DNA of 64,000 nt from an uncultured delta proteobacterium. Its GTDB lineage: Bacteria; Desulfobacterota; Binatia; UBA9968. Location of the stretch: contig CAVYTU010000007.1 of NCBI GenBank assembly GCA_963771465.1, positions 64,001-128,000 of the forward strand, given 5' to 3'. Within the stretch, counting starts at the first letter, position 1. Each line of letters opens with the position of its first letter. A program made the position numbers and the translations under genes. This document shows positions 27,984 through 40,940 of the stretch, one piece after another. The notes beneath the pieces are model-generated. The model was given only the letters and a program-made list of their open reading frames with translations. It was not told the origin of the DNA and did no database searches.

Positions 27984-29426
27984 TCAGTACGATTTTGGCC
28001 ATGACTCCGGCGTAGGTATCTGCTTCTCCTTGGAACTGACGCTGGAAAAGTAGATCCATCCTGCCAGTAATCGCAGGGTTGATGACAAGCCGAACAATAG
28101 CGCTAACGTAAGCAAAAATATCGCGAAGGCTTTTTCAGTTTCCACGGTCGCAGATGGCACTATCGTCGCGAACCCTAACCCCGCGGTAGCACTCATCATC
28201 TGGCTGTAGAGAGTGGCCGCAAAGCCGTAAGGCAGCGCCTGGTCGACAGCGAGAAATATTCTGCAAAGCATCGGCTCCTCACGAAGCGACCACACGGTAT
28301 GCATCATCGGATAGAATGAAAGGCAAGCAACAGATACGGCGTACCAAATGTAATGGCCTTGATGGAAAAGCGATCCGTGCCACGCCGGCAGCAGCACCAT
28401 GGGTACAGCAAACGTCAGGGATAATATCGTAAGCGTCCATTTTCTAATCGTGCTGTTATTCAATAGGATTGCTGAAATAGTCAAAACTAGTGTCCCGGTA
28501 ACCATGATGCCTGCCATTATTTCAATGAGCGAAACCTGTGTATCCAGCCAGATTTCTGCTCCTGAAATCAGAGTGCCTGCAACGTCGAAAACGCTCGCCG
28601 GAGAAACACTGAAGTATCCAAATTGATTTAGGACCTGCCAAACAATGGTCAAAAGTATAATAAGGAGCGTGGCCGTCCAGAACGACGCTCCGTCTCTGCG
28701 GCGTAGATCGGCAACGAGAATCTCTCTGTACGAAGCTGCGCTGTGATCGATACCAGATATATTTAACCAGTTAACCACAAAGAGAAGGAATGCCAGAACA
28801 GATGCCGCGACATAATGCCTCACTACATTATCATTTGCGGAAACCACGACCCAGTTATCCAGCCAAACTGACAATGCCAATACGAGTGAAATAAACAAAG
28901 CTCGATGGCAAGCAAGGCCCATGGATTCCGAAACGCTCCTTCGCCACTCTAACCGCAACAGATGTCTGGTACACAAAAAGTGATAGCAAACTCCTAGAGC
29001 TACTGCCGGGATCGTCATTGTCCAAATAAAGAAATACCGATCACCTTGTTGGCCGGGGGCCACAAAAAGCAGCAGAACCAAAGCCCACCAGATGATGAAC
29101 GGTGTCCACTGTCCGATTCGAAGTAGCGAAATCGACGCCGATGCTAGTTTGGAATTCTGCGCAATTAGGTAGCCAAGCATGGCTCCAATCGATCCGCCGG
29201 GCAAACAGGAAAGCCCAAATAAGATGGCGATGTTGCACAACCCGTATCGCAGCTTGTCTCCGCCCCAAGTTTCGGGAAAACTTATCCAACGAACGGCGTT
29301 AGGGTCTTCAGGCGACGGTCTCGTGTAAATTAATAGCAATGCAAAAAATAGTGCAAGAATTGGAAGTGAGAGCGCTCTTGTCAGACTGATGGTGTCGCCT
29401 TGTGCGTCGTCAAGCTGTTCGGTCAT
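27984..29426 (-). CDS. Divergent membrane protein resembling two fused SsuC/TauC-type ABC permease domains
   Basis: SPASVFDVAGTLISGAEIWLDTQVSL, SFYPMMHTV and SQMMSATAGLGF echo the NitT/TauT permease pattern. DNA is visibly more AT-rich than the flanks. Confidence 0.55.
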   Translation of the reverse strand: MTEQLDDAQGDTISLTRALSLPILALFFALLLIYTRPSPEDPNAVRWISFPETWGGDKLRYGLCNIAILFGLSCLPGGSIGAMLGYLIAQNSKLASASISLLRIGQWTPFIIWWALVLLLFVAPGQQGDRYFFIWTMTIPAVALGVCYHFLCTRHLLRLEWRRSVSESMGLACHRALFISLVLALSVWLDNWVVVSANDNVVRHYVAASVLAFLLFVVNWLNISGIDHSAASYREILVADLRRRDGASFWTATLLIILLTIVWQVLNQFGYFSVSPASVFDVAGTLISGAEIWLDTQVSLIEIMAGIMVTGTLVLTISAILLNNSTIRKWTLTILSLTFAVPMVLLPAWHGSLFHQGHYIWYAVSVACLSFYPMMHTVWSLREEPMLCRIFLAVDQALPYGFAATLYSQMMSATAGLGFATIVPSATVETEKAFAIFLLTLALLFGLSSTLRLLAGWIYFSSVSSKEKQIPTPESWPKSY

Positions 29427-29458
29427 GGTCCGCTGCCATTTAGGTGCACACAGAGTCC

Positions 29459-30886
29459 TTAGTGGTTTATCACCGTCATCAAGTCGCAAGCATTCGCCAA
29501 TCTAGCAACGGACCAAGCGGCTTCAATTAACTGTGATTGGCGGCCTCCGTCCAAAACCCCTTCGCAGCAAGACCGCACCTTTGCTTCCAAATCAGCATCG
29601 TTCAGTGGATTTTCCGGGCCGCCGCGATAGCGTTCGTCGGCCCAGCCTTCGACTTGTTTGCCGTTCGTCAACTGGATGGCGATGCGCGAGCGCATTTTGT
29701 CGAAGCCGAGTTTTTCGATTTCCGGATCGAGTTCGGTTGTGATGCGCTTTTGCATCGCTTGCATGGGCGCGGCGGCGACGAACCCGTCGGAAAATTCTTT
29801 CTTGCCAGCTTTGCGCGCCAGTGCGATCATCGCCAGCGCGGCGGGCAGAGAAAACTTTGCTTGCAAGTGATTGGCCGCGATCGGATAGCGAATCGGGTTG
29901 AGAATGTTGGTGCCGGCGAAGACTCTCACTGTCTCGATGTCGTCCGGCTTCACGTCATGTTCACTGACAAGCTTCAACATTAGATCGATGGTTGGATGCG
30001 TGAGCACGCCGCAGGGATACGGTTTGATCGATACGCCGGGTTCGGCGATCGTCCAGGTCTTGCCGAACCCTTGGAAAATCTTATCCGCGCTGACGCCGCC
30101 GCCTTGAACCGCAAAAAATCCCCACGGGCCGTCGAGGGCGTCAGGATCGGCGGTGAAACCGCGCGCCGCGAGCAGCGCGGCGGTGACGCCGTTCTCCGCG
30201 GCACGGCCGACGTGGAGCGGCTTGGTCATGGTGCCGAAATTACAACGGATGCCAGCGGCCATGCTGGCGGCGATGCCAAAGCCGCTGCGCAACTTCTCGC
30301 CATTTAATTGCAGCAGCTTCGCAGCCGCTGCGAACGCGCCAAAAGTTCCCACCGTGGCGCTGGAGTGCAAGCCTCGCAAATAGTGCTGGGGCAACATCCA
30401 CTCGGAGATTTTGCACTCGACTTCGAAGCCGGTGAGAAAGGCGAGCATGAAAGTTTTGCCATCGATGCCGCCGACTTTCTGCGCCATCACCAAAGCGCTG
30501 CTCAATGGCGGAATCGTCGGATGAGTTAACAAGCCGTAGACGTGCGCCGGATCGATGCTCACCTGACTATCGTCCCAATCATGAGCGTGGCCGGCGGTGC
30601 CGAGCACGCGCGCGGCCATCGGCGCCGGCACTTTAGTTTTGCCGCGGCTTAGCAACAGCGCGTCCAGCCGCCCGCCGATTTCAGCCGCTTCGTCGACGAG
30701 CAACTGTACCGTCTGTTCCTCAGAACCCGCGACAAAGAGCCCGAGGCCGTCGAGCAAGCAGCGTGTGCCGATGCGCAGCGCTTCAGCGGGAATCGCCTTG
30801 AGTGTTACGTTCTCGACGAAAGCAGCTGCCGCGGCAGTGGTTTTCAAGCCGTACGGTACGGACGCGTAAGGATTTTGCTCGGCCAT
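29459..30886 (-). CDS. MmgE/PrpD family protein
   Basis: HAHDWDD, HPT, RGLH, GTMTKPLHVGRAA, SIKPYPCG..TH and AKFSLP. Confidence 0.9.
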   Translation of the reverse strand: MAEQNPYASVPYGLKTTAAAAAFVENVTLKAIPAEALRIGTRCLLDGLGLFVAGSEEQTVQLLVDEAAEIGGRLDALLLSRGKTKVPAPMAARVLGTAGHAHDWDDSQVSIDPAHVYGLLTHPTIPPLSSALVMAQKVGGIDGKTFMLAFLTGFEVECKISEWMLPQHYLRGLHSSATVGTFGAFAAAAKLLQLNGEKLRSGFGIAASMAAGIRCNFGTMTKPLHVGRAAENGVTAALLAARGFTADPDALDGPWGFFAVQGGGVSADKIFQGFGKTWTIAEPGVSIKPYPCGVLTHPTIDLMLKLVSEHDVKPDDIETVRVFAGTNILNPIRYPIAANHLQAKFSLPAALAMIALARKAGKKEFSDGFVAAAPMQAMQKRITTELDPEIEKLGFDKMRSRIAIQLTNGKQVEGWADERYRGGPENPLNDADLEAKVRSCCEGVLDGGRQSQLIEAAWSVARLANACDLMTVINH

Positions 30887-30923
30887 GGCGAATTAACTTT
30901 CTGCGATGAGTAATGTTTGACAA

Positions 30924-31616
30924 TCAATCGACAACTTCGGAGACGTAGTAGTCGATGAAGCGGCGGTGAACGTCAGGACGGCTTTCGTTTCGGGCCATCG
31001 CTTCGCATTCCTCTTTCGAGTGGACTTTTACCGGCCCGAGCGGCGCGGCCATGATTTGGAGCTTGGCGCTGCGCACTAAGTCTAAGCCGAGACGAAGCAG
31101 TTGATCCAAATTTGTCGCCACCACCGTGCCGCCGTGGCCGCGTAGCAGCACGGCGACTTTATCGCCGAGGGTCTGTGCGACTTTGTCGCCGAGGGACTCG
31201 TTGCGAATCAGAACCGGCGAGTCGTAGATCGGTGTGCCGCGGTAAAACTGCACGCCGCAGTTGGCGATGACCTTTATTTCTTGTCCCGTGGCGGCGACGG
31301 CGATCACTTCATCGGCGTGATAATGCAGAATACATTGGACATCGGCGCGCGCCTTGTAGATCGACGTGTGCATCGCGGTCTCGCCGTTGGGCTCGCCGAA
31401 GCCGTCGAGTTTGTTGCCGTCGGCGTCAAGGATGATTAAGTCCCGCACGGCGACTTTTCCCGGCGGCATATGCGGCGTGCTGAGTATGTGATCGTTGGGC
31501 AAACGCGCGGTGATATGGCCGTAGCCGTCAATCACGCCTTGATGTTGCAACACTTTGGCTACCATCACCATTTTATCTTTGAGTGCTTCCAACGGTTCGA
31601 TCATGATCATCTCCAT
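30924..31616 (-). CDS. Class II aldolase/adducin family protein
   Basis: GYGHITAR, GETAMHTSIY, LHYH and LLRGHG metal-binding motifs. Confidence 0.88.
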   Translation of the reverse strand: MEMIMIEPLEALKDKMVMVAKVLQHQGVIDGYGHITARLPNDHILSTPHMPPGKVAVRDLIILDADGNKLDGFGEPNGETAMHTSIYKARADVQCILHYHADEVIAVAATGQEIKVIANCGVQFYRGTPIYDSPVLIRNESLGDKVAQTLGDKVAVLLRGHGGTVVATNLDQLLRLGLDLVRSAKLQIMAAPLGPVKVHSKEECEAMARNESRPDVHRRFIDYYVSEVVD

Positions 31617-31676
31617 TTGTTGTGTAACGCTTGGGTGGAATTGTGGTGAAAGCCGATCGACGGCAAAAACTTCAGC

Positions 31677-32519
31677 TCACTTTATGTTCGATTGTTTGAG
31701 AAAATCGTCGAACAACGTAGCCATTTCGCCGGCCTTCTCGTCCCACTCTTCGCGCGGACTGAGCGCTTCGTCGTAGTGCTTGGGAAACAACACGTGCACC
31801 TCGCTGGTTTGCAACAGGCGGCCGAGGGTTTCGCCGGTCTGCCGCCCATGGGTGAGATCGTTTCCTGGGACGATACACGCTGGAACTTTGATCGAGCGCA
31901 GATCGGCTTCCGTCGCGCCAATGACCGGTAGGTCGGCGCCTTTGAGAAAATAATCGCGCCAGCGTGACATCACCTCGATGAAGCGCGCCGGCGCCATTTT
32001 CATGAGCGCGTCGCGGTTCTCCGGGCGGGCTCGGATTCTTTCCTGCCAATGTTCCATTTCGCACACGGCGGCCATGCCGCCGGCTTTGGCGGCGGTGATG
32101 AACTGGCCGTAGTATTCTTCCGCCAAGCGCTCACAGGCGAAGCGGCCGCCGGTGACACGCCAGAGTAAAAGAGCGCGCACGCTCTCGGGATGGCGCAGCG
32201 CGAATAACAGAGCGGTGCGGCAACCGGAAGAACTGCCGCCAACAATGGCGGGCAGCGCGCCGAGTTGATTGAGCAACTCGTGGATGTCATCGGCCCAGAT
32301 CTCGTACTCCGAGTCATTACCGTCGATGACAACATCGGAGGCGCCGGTGTTGCGCCGGTCGAAGATGACTACGCGGTAGCCCTTCTCCGCAACTTTGCCT
32401 GCTAACAGTTCGATGCCGCTGATATCGCGCCGGCCGCCGGGCGAGAGCGCGACCCACGGGCCGCTGTTGCCGAGAACCTTATAGTTCATGCTAACGCCGC
32501 GAACCTTTGCGATGGGCAT
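31677..32519 (-). CDS. Alpha/beta-fold hydrolase
   Basis: DRRNTGAS, nucleophile elbow GSSSG and PGND.TH. Confidence 0.8.
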   Translation of the reverse strand: MPIAKVRGVSMNYKVLGNSGPWVALSPGGRRDISGIELLAGKVAEKGYRVVIFDRRNTGASDVVIDGNDSEYEIWADDIHELLNQLGALPAIVGGSSSGCRTALLFALRHPESVRALLLWRVTGGRFACERLAEEYYGQFITAAKAGGMAAVCEMEHWQERIRARPENRDALMKMAPARFIEVMSRWRDYFLKGADLPVIGATEADLRSIKVPACIVPGNDLTHGRQTGETLGRLLQTSEVHVLFPKHYDEALSPREEWDEKAGEMATLFDDFLKQSNIK

Positions 32520-32595
32520 GGCATCCTCCTTTTATTACGCAGCGACCATAACCCATTTGCGACGGGCGGTTCAATTGGCAAGCGAAGTTCGCGGG

Positions 32596-32657
32596 CCATT
32601 GGAACAGCTTGGCAACCCGACAAATTGACTTGCAACCGCACCGTTGGGTGTCTTCAC
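32596..32657. repeat. Dispersed non-coding repeat, copy 1
   Basis: Manual alignment to 37842-37904 gives 52 identical of 63 columns. Confidence 0.75.
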
Positions 32658-32898
32658 CTTTCCTGGCCCGCGTTTCAATCCGGCCCAAGCTTACTGGGCT
32701 TGGCTAGGAATTAGCATGTCACGAATTATCTTGACGCCATTTCCGGCTCGGGCTAATAGTCTTGGTAATTACAGCTTTGGATTTTACGGTTCGCGCTGCA
32801 TCATCGACCGCACTGCTACGACGCACCCGCACTGCCGATAGAACTATTGAATCGGAACTGCTGAAATCAATGATAGTGATAGTCGATTACTTTCAACC

Positions 32899-33915
32899 AT
32901 GAGACTTCGTTCTCACGTCTTAATCATCGCCGCCGCGACGCTGCTGCCGATCGTCGCCATCGTGTCTCTTGCGGTGGTTTTGCTTTTCCAAAAACAGCGC
33001 GACCTCGAGCTCGATCGTTTGGTAGACACAGCGCGGGCGCTGTCGCTGGCGGTCGATCGAGACTTCGAAACCGGCTTGGCGTCGCTAAAAACGCTAGCGA
33101 CGAGCGAGCACCTACAAGCCGGAGATCTCCGGACATTTTACGACGAGTCTAAGCGCGTGCTCGCGGTCCACGAGGGCCCGAATGCGATCATTTTAGTCGA
33201 TCCTTCAGGACGGCAAGTCATTAACACGCGCCGCCCATTCGGCGAGGCGTTGCCCCAATACGGCGATCCGGGTTTCATCGAGCAGTTGGTCAAAAGCCGC
33301 CGGCCCGCTGTATCGAACCTGTTTATGGGGCGCATCATTAAAAGGCCGATGCTTTCGGTCGGTGTCCCCGTGATGCTTGACGGTCAGGTCAAATACGCGT
33401 TGACGCTGAGTCTATCGCCGGGTTCTTTGCAACAACTCTTGGCACAAGGGGCGATCGCGGCCGATTCTTTGGCGACAATCATTGACGGTAACAAATCTAT
33501 CGTCGCCAGAACCCAGGAACTCGAAAAGTTTTTTGGTAAACCCGCCGATCCGATCGTGTTCGCGCACACCGCAGAAAGCCCTGAGGGATGGCGGTTCGTT
33601 CCGCGTCAACATAGTGGAGGCGTCGAATCCTCGTATGCGGCGCATCGCCGCTCTGAATTCTCTGGCTGGACGGTGGTTATTGGAGTGCCGACAGCTAAGG
33701 TCAACGCGCTATTTTGGCAAGCTTTGCAATTTATCGGCGGCGGCATCGTAGTTCTTTTGGGCGTCGCGCTCGGTCTAGCCGCAGTATTCGGGCGGCGCAT
33801 CATCTCATCCATCACAGCCCTCGCCGCTGGAGCCAAAGCATTGGGCTCCAGGGATACCGTGTCGATCGTGCCCTCGGCCATATTCGAAATCGATCAGGTA
33901 AGACAAGCGATCGGG
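32899..33915 (+). pseudogene. Truncated sensor histidine kinase (TM-Cache-TM-partial HAMP; no HisKA/HATPase)
   Basis: Cache-type periplasmic domain (LVDPSGRQVINTRRPFG, VSNLFMG, SGWTVVIGVP). The HAMP breaks at EIDQVRQAI and the frame runs on through repeat and promoter DNA to 34098, overlapping acnA. Confidence 0.7.
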
Positions 33916-33989
33916 GCGAAAACACTGTCCTCTATCCTCCATCGTCGATCTTCGACCCGGTTCTCATTAAACTGTCGCAGCGCTCCCTG

Positions 33990-34018
33990 TTGCTTTATCG
34001 TCCCACGATCGCTACAAA
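33990..34018 (+). promoter_or_regulatory. Candidate sigma70 promoter of acnA
   Basis: TTGCTT-N17-TACAAA, with RBS AAGGAG before the ATG at 34053. Confidence 0.4.
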
Positions 34019-34052
34019 ATAAAGCCTACCCATCTTTACGTAAGGAGCGCTC

Positions 34053-36746
<2,694 letters not shown>

Positions 36747-36774
36747 AAAATCATTTGCGAATTGCACGAAATTC

Positions 36775-37692
36775 GTGACGACAAGAAGAGAAGCGCTGGC
36801 GACGTTAGGGAAGGGTTCGCTGGCGTTTTTTTTTGCCAATTCATTTTTTCGCGGCGCTGGGCGTGCCGCTGAGGGGACGGCCATGAGCACACCGGCGTAT
36901 ATCGGCAAATTCACCGCCAACAATCCCGGCATCATGACGCTGCAAGGGACCAACCAGTATATCGTCGGCAAAGAGAGGGGTCTGGTGATCGACGTGGCGT
37001 TGAGCGCCGACTCGAACATGGACGGCATTCTCGAACAGGCCGAAGCGATGGGGGTGAAAAAAATCGACAAGATTTTGCTAACCCATATCCACAGTGACCA
37101 CACCGGCGGCGCGCTGGCGCTGCGCAAACGATGCGGCGCTAAACTCGGCATTCACCGGTCGCGCAAAGGCTATCTCGGCGGCGAAGATTTTCAATACGAC
37201 GACAACGACCGGATCGATTTCGGCGCCGGCGAACTCAATGTCTTGCACACGCCGGGCCATGAGTCGGGCCACTGCTGCTTTTACGAAGGCGGCGATAAGG
37301 TGTTGTTCAGCGGCGATAACATTCTCGGCTACGGCACCGCGGTGATTCATCCGCCCGACGGTAACATGACCGACTATATGCAGACCTTGGAACGGCTGCT
37401 CGGAATTGAAATGAGTCTGATCCTGCCCGGCCACGGACCGCTGATAGGCAAGCCGGAGGCGAAGATTCGCGAATATATCAAGCATCGGCTTGCGCGCGAG
37501 GGGCAGGTGTTAGGCGCGCTGCGCAACGGCCGCAACAGCATCGGCGATATTACCGACGCGATCTACGTCGACGTCTCAGCGGCGCTCAAGCGGGTGGCGG
37601 AGTTTTCCGTGCAGGCTCACCTGGAAAAGTTGCAACGCGAAGGCAAGGTTAAAAAAGAAGGCGCGCGTTATCTGCTAGTAAGTGATCTTTGA
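36775..37692 (+). CDS. MBL-fold metallo-hydrolase (LACTB2-like with C-terminal wHTH), possibly Tat-exported
   Basis: NPG.MTL.GTN, THIHSDH, TPGH, SGD and LPGHG. Start is either GTG 36775 (adds a TRREAL leader) or ATG 36883. Confidence 0.85.
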   Translation: MTTRREALATLGKGSLAFFFANSFFRGAGRAAEGTAMSTPAYIGKFTANNPGIMTLQGTNQYIVGKERGLVIDVALSADSNMDGILEQAEAMGVKKIDKILLTHIHSDHTGGALALRKRCGAKLGIHRSRKGYLGGEDFQYDDNDRIDFGAGELNVLHTPGHESGHCCFYEGGDKVLFSGDNILGYGTAVIHPPDGNMTDYMQTLERLLGIEMSLILPGHGPLIGKPEAKIREYIKHRLAREGQVLGALRNGRNSIGDITDAIYVDVSAALKRVAEFSVQAHLEKLQREGKVKKEGARYLLVSDL

Positions 37693-37841
37693 TTTTCGAG
37701 ACTTGTTACGGCCTGCTGAACCCGAATCGCGCAGTTGAAATTGAATCAGCGAACGAGGCGCAAACCTTCCGTAGTGAAGACAATGGGCTGTGGCTCTGAG
37801 CAAGTAACTGAGATCGTTGTCCAGCGAGCGATACTTGGTCA

Positions 37842-37904
37842 CCATTGGAGCGGCTTGCCAGCCCGGTAAAATGACTTTGCAACCGCAGCGTTGAGTATCT
37901 TCAC
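37842..37904. repeat. Dispersed non-coding repeat, copy 2
   Basis: Same orientation as, and 52/63 identical to, 32596-32657. Confidence 0.75.
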
Positions 37905-37938
37905 TACTCCAGATTCGCGCCTCGCTCGGCGTAAGCAA

Positions 37939-39312
37939 TCACTTCAACTGGGGAACTCGAGCTGAATCGAATCGAAGCGCCATCGATTCGGGCTCGATCT
38001 CTAAATCTCTCCACGCTGCTTCGGCAACGGTGCTCAATCGATGGGCCGCCACGCCGCTTAAAAGCATTACAACGGGACCTTTGATTTGCAGCGTTACGCC
38101 GTCGCCATTGCGAAGACGAGCGCTGAGCGACGGCGCGATTTTGTCCGCCGACGCGTCGAAGCGGGTGCGCTGGCGATTTTCCAGCACTGCGCGATAGCCA
38201 CGCTGGAAGGCGGCGGCATCTTGCTCTGATTTCCAGGTGCTGAACCAAACCGTGACGAAGTTCTCGCCGTCTTGAAACGCATAGAGCTGATCGCCGCGCC
38301 AGGAAGACGCGATCACGCTGGCGAGTTTCGCCGGCAATTCGGTTGCGATCATGGCGCGCAGCAGATATTCGCCGATCGTTTGCTCGACGAGCGGGCGGTC
38401 TTTCATGGCGCGGATAAGGCCCGCGGGAAAAAAAACTGACGGTGCTTCAAGTAAAGCAAAATAATTTTCCGGGTGGAGGATTTGCGCGGTCGATAGCGGT
38501 GGATTGGCGTAGAGCGCGCTGACTCCTTGCCAGCCTTTGGCCTTGAGCGCCCAGAGCGCAAACTGGCTGCCTTCCCGATAGGGAAGTAAAAGTCTGTGGC
38601 GCAGATAGTCGGGCAGGCGTGCCGCCGACTTTTCCAGCTCCAGCGCGAAGGTGCCGGCGTTTTGCAAGTCGACGCCGGAGAGTGCGTCGATATTTTTTCC
38701 AGCACTGCGGGCGATCACCGTAAGCGCGGCATCGCCGGTCGCCAAAGCGCGAAACGCCAAGCGGCGATCCTCCAAGTTGAGCGCGCTAGTTTTTCCCTGC
38801 CATTGAAAGTTCTGCTCGTGCAACGCCATGATGATGGCGAAGCCGAGCGGTGCTTCGCGTGCCGAGACAGGGTCGGAGATCCTGAAAGGCGCGCCAAGGA
38901 CAGACGCGTTGGGCGCGAGCGCGACAGCCGCCGTCAATTCGTTGTAGGCGGCTAACCGTTCGAGCCGGCGATATTCGACGAGCGCCTTGCCGAGGTCGAC
39001 GCCGTTGGGCAATAGCCCAATCGCGCTATAGGCGCTTTCGACATGGCGGGTTTGAAACGGCGCGTAATCGTCGTCGGCGGACTCGACTGGGTTATAATCC
39101 GTCAGCGTGATCTCGCGCTTCAACGGCAGCTGGCGAAACTTGGCAATTTCCTGCGCCAGTGCGGCAAATTCGGTGGGTGTGGCTGACGGTGTGGCTCGCG
39201 GTTCAGAGGAAAGACAGCCGGCGATCGCGAGCATCAGTAGCGGCGTAAGTGGACGCGCCGTAAATCTGTGTAGACGCAGGCGCGGCGGGTATTTCGACCT
39301 CGGTTCATCCAC
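37939..39312 (-). CDS. Lipoprotein of unknown function, zincin-like scaffold lacking the metal motif
   Basis: Lipobox LAIAGC; FRQLPLKR, ALHEQNF, ALATGDA, PYREG, PPLSTAQILHP and WRGD motifs. Starts immediately after the rlpA stop. Confidence 0.6.
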   Translation of the reverse strand: MDEPRSKYPPRLRLHRFTARPLTPLLMLAIAGCLSSEPRATPSATPTEFAALAQEIAKFRQLPLKREITLTDYNPVESADDDYAPFQTRHVESAYSAIGLLPNGVDLGKALVEYRRLERLAAYNELTAAVALAPNASVLGAPFRISDPVSAREAPLGFAIIMALHEQNFQWQGKTSALNLEDRRLAFRALATGDAALTVIARSAGKNIDALSGVDLQNAGTFALELEKSAARLPDYLRHRLLLPYREGSQFALWALKAKGWQGVSALYANPPLSTAQILHPENYFALLEAPSVFFPAGLIRAMKDRPLVEQTIGEYLLRAMIATELPAKLASVIASSWRGDQLYAFQDGENFVTVWFSTWKSEQDAAAFQRGYRAVLENRQRTRFDASADKIAPSLSARLRNGDGVTLQIKGPVVMLLSGVAAHRLSTVAEAAWRDLEIEPESMALRFDSARVPQLK

Positions 39313-40041
39313 CTATTTCTCCATGATGATGACCGAATAGCCGGCTTGGCTCACTTGGCGCGCCTGTTCTTCGGCGGCACTGCGGCTGGGAAAAGTACCC
39401 AGATGCACTCGGTAGTACGTCATGTCTTTCGATTGCAGCGGGCTGATCGCCACGTTGGTAAATGCTTTGGCGATGCGATCGCGCAGCTGTTGGGCATTTT
39501 CCAATTGAGCGAAGGAACCGAGTTGCAGCGTGTAGTCGAGGTTGGCGCGGATGGCGCTCAGCCGCACCGGGCTGTCGACAACGTCGATGCGCACGAGAGC
39601 CGTGCCTGGCCCGACCATATGGATCGACTGTGCCGCGGCGTAGGAAAGATCGATGATTCTATTCTTGGCAAATGGGCCGCGGTCATTAACCAGGACTTGG
39701 GCGGCGGCGCCGTTTTCCAAGTTCGTCACCATCACTTTAGTGCCCAGGGGTAGAGTTTGATGGGCCGCAGTCATTTCATCCTGGTTATAAATTTCGCCGC
39801 TCGCCGTGGCTTTGCCGTGAAAGCCCGGCCCGTACCAGGAGGCGATGCCGGTTTGGCTGACGCGGCTCTCCGGCAAGGTCGGTGCCGGCACTCTAGATAC
39901 GGGTACGGCGCAGCCGCTCAGAACCGCCAGAAACGCAAAGCCGATCGCGCCACTGCGGCGAAGTTTTCGGTAAGCGGCGATGGCAAAAAAGCTGTCTATG
40001 ATCGAGTGGTTCATCGAGACGCGAGTATAACCAAAAGCCAT
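39313..40041 (-). CDS. rlpA: Septal ring lytic transglycosylase RlpA (DPBB + SPOR)
   Basis: Lipobox VLSGC, GIASWYG..FHG..TASGE, TAAH.TLP, VNDRGPF..NRIIDLS, and SPOR domain LQLGSF. Confidence 0.93.
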   Translation of the reverse strand: MAFGYTRVSMNHSIIDSFFAIAAYRKLRRSGAIGFAFLAVLSGCAVPVSRVPAPTLPESRVSQTGIASWYGPGFHGKATASGEIYNQDEMTAAHQTLPLGTKVMVTNLENGAAAQVLVNDRGPFAKNRIIDLSYAAAQSIHMVGPGTALVRIDVVDSPVRLSAIRANLDYTLQLGSFAQLENAQQLRDRIAKAFTNVAISPLQSKDMTYYRVHLGTFPSRSAAEEQARQVSQAGYSVIIMEK

Positions 40042-40188
40042 TCGAGAGAAAAGTAAATTTCGGTGTTACCCAGCGGCTTAAGACAAAATTCTTCGGCTCG
40101 TTGTCGGTGTATGATCGGCTTGCTTGCCTATTTTACCCAAGCATGGGTTTGTGTTAGCTTACCGCTAACTTAATTGGGGAGTTGATGT

Positions 40189-40935
40189 ATGTCTGGTCAT
40201 TCCAAATGGAGCACAATCAAGCATAAGAAGGCTGCCAAGGATGCCAAGCGCGGCAAAATTTTCACCAAGCTGATTAAGGAACTCACCGTCGCGGCGCGCA
40301 TGGGCGGCGGCGACATCAACGCCAATCCGCGGCTGCGTACCGCGGTGCTGACCGCGCGCGGCAATAGCATGCCGAGCGAAAATATCGACCGGGCTATCAA
40401 GAAAGGCACCGGCGAACTCGAAGGCGTTACCTATGAAGAAATCCAATACGAAGGCTACGGGCCGGGAGGCGCGGCGATCATCGCCCAAGTCTTGACCGAC
40501 AATAAAAATCGCACGGTATCGGAAATTCGCCGGCTGTTTGCCAAGCACGGTGGTAACATGGGTGAGACTGGCTGTGTGTCCTGGATGTTTGAAAAGAAAG
40601 GTCTGATCACCGTCGAAAAATCCCAAGCCGACGAAGATCGCTTGATGAGTATCGTGCTCGACGCCGGCGCCGAGGACATTCGCGATGAAGGTGAGATTTT
40701 CGAGGTGGTCACTCAACCCGAGGATTTTCACACGGTCAAGGAACGCTTGGATCAGGAAAAAATTCCGGTTGCCAGCGCTCAGGTTACACTTCTACCGAAG
40801 AGTACCGTCGATATCGACGCAAAACACGCCGAGCAAATTCTCAAGCTGAGCGAAGAGTTGGAAGATCATGACGACGTGCAAAGCGTTTCCGCCAACTTCA
40901 ATATTTCGGACGAACTGATGGAAAAGGCGAGTTAG
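40189..40935 (+). CDS. yebC: YebC/PmpR family protein
   Basis: [22 protein letters not shown] and TDNKNRT. Confidence 0.97.
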   Translation: MSGHSKWSTIKHKKAAKDAKRGKIFTKLIKELTVAARMGGGDINANPRLRTAVLTARGNSMPSENIDRAIKKGTGELEGVTYEEIQYEGYGPGGAAIIAQVLTDNKNRTVSEIRRLFAKHGGNMGETGCVSWMFEKKGLITVEKSQADEDRLMSIVLDAGAEDIRDEGEIFEVVTQPEDFHTVKERLDQEKIPVASAQVTLLPKSTVDIDAKHAEQILKLSEELEDHDDVQSVSANFNISDELMEKAS

Positions 40936-40940
40936 CCCCA

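Noticed and set aside
32596-32841. Idea that the dispersed repeat encodes a UGA-containing selenopeptide (both copies have an aligned TGA)
   Set aside because: A 1-bp indel right after the TGA changes the frame between copies, and there is no convincing start or RBS.
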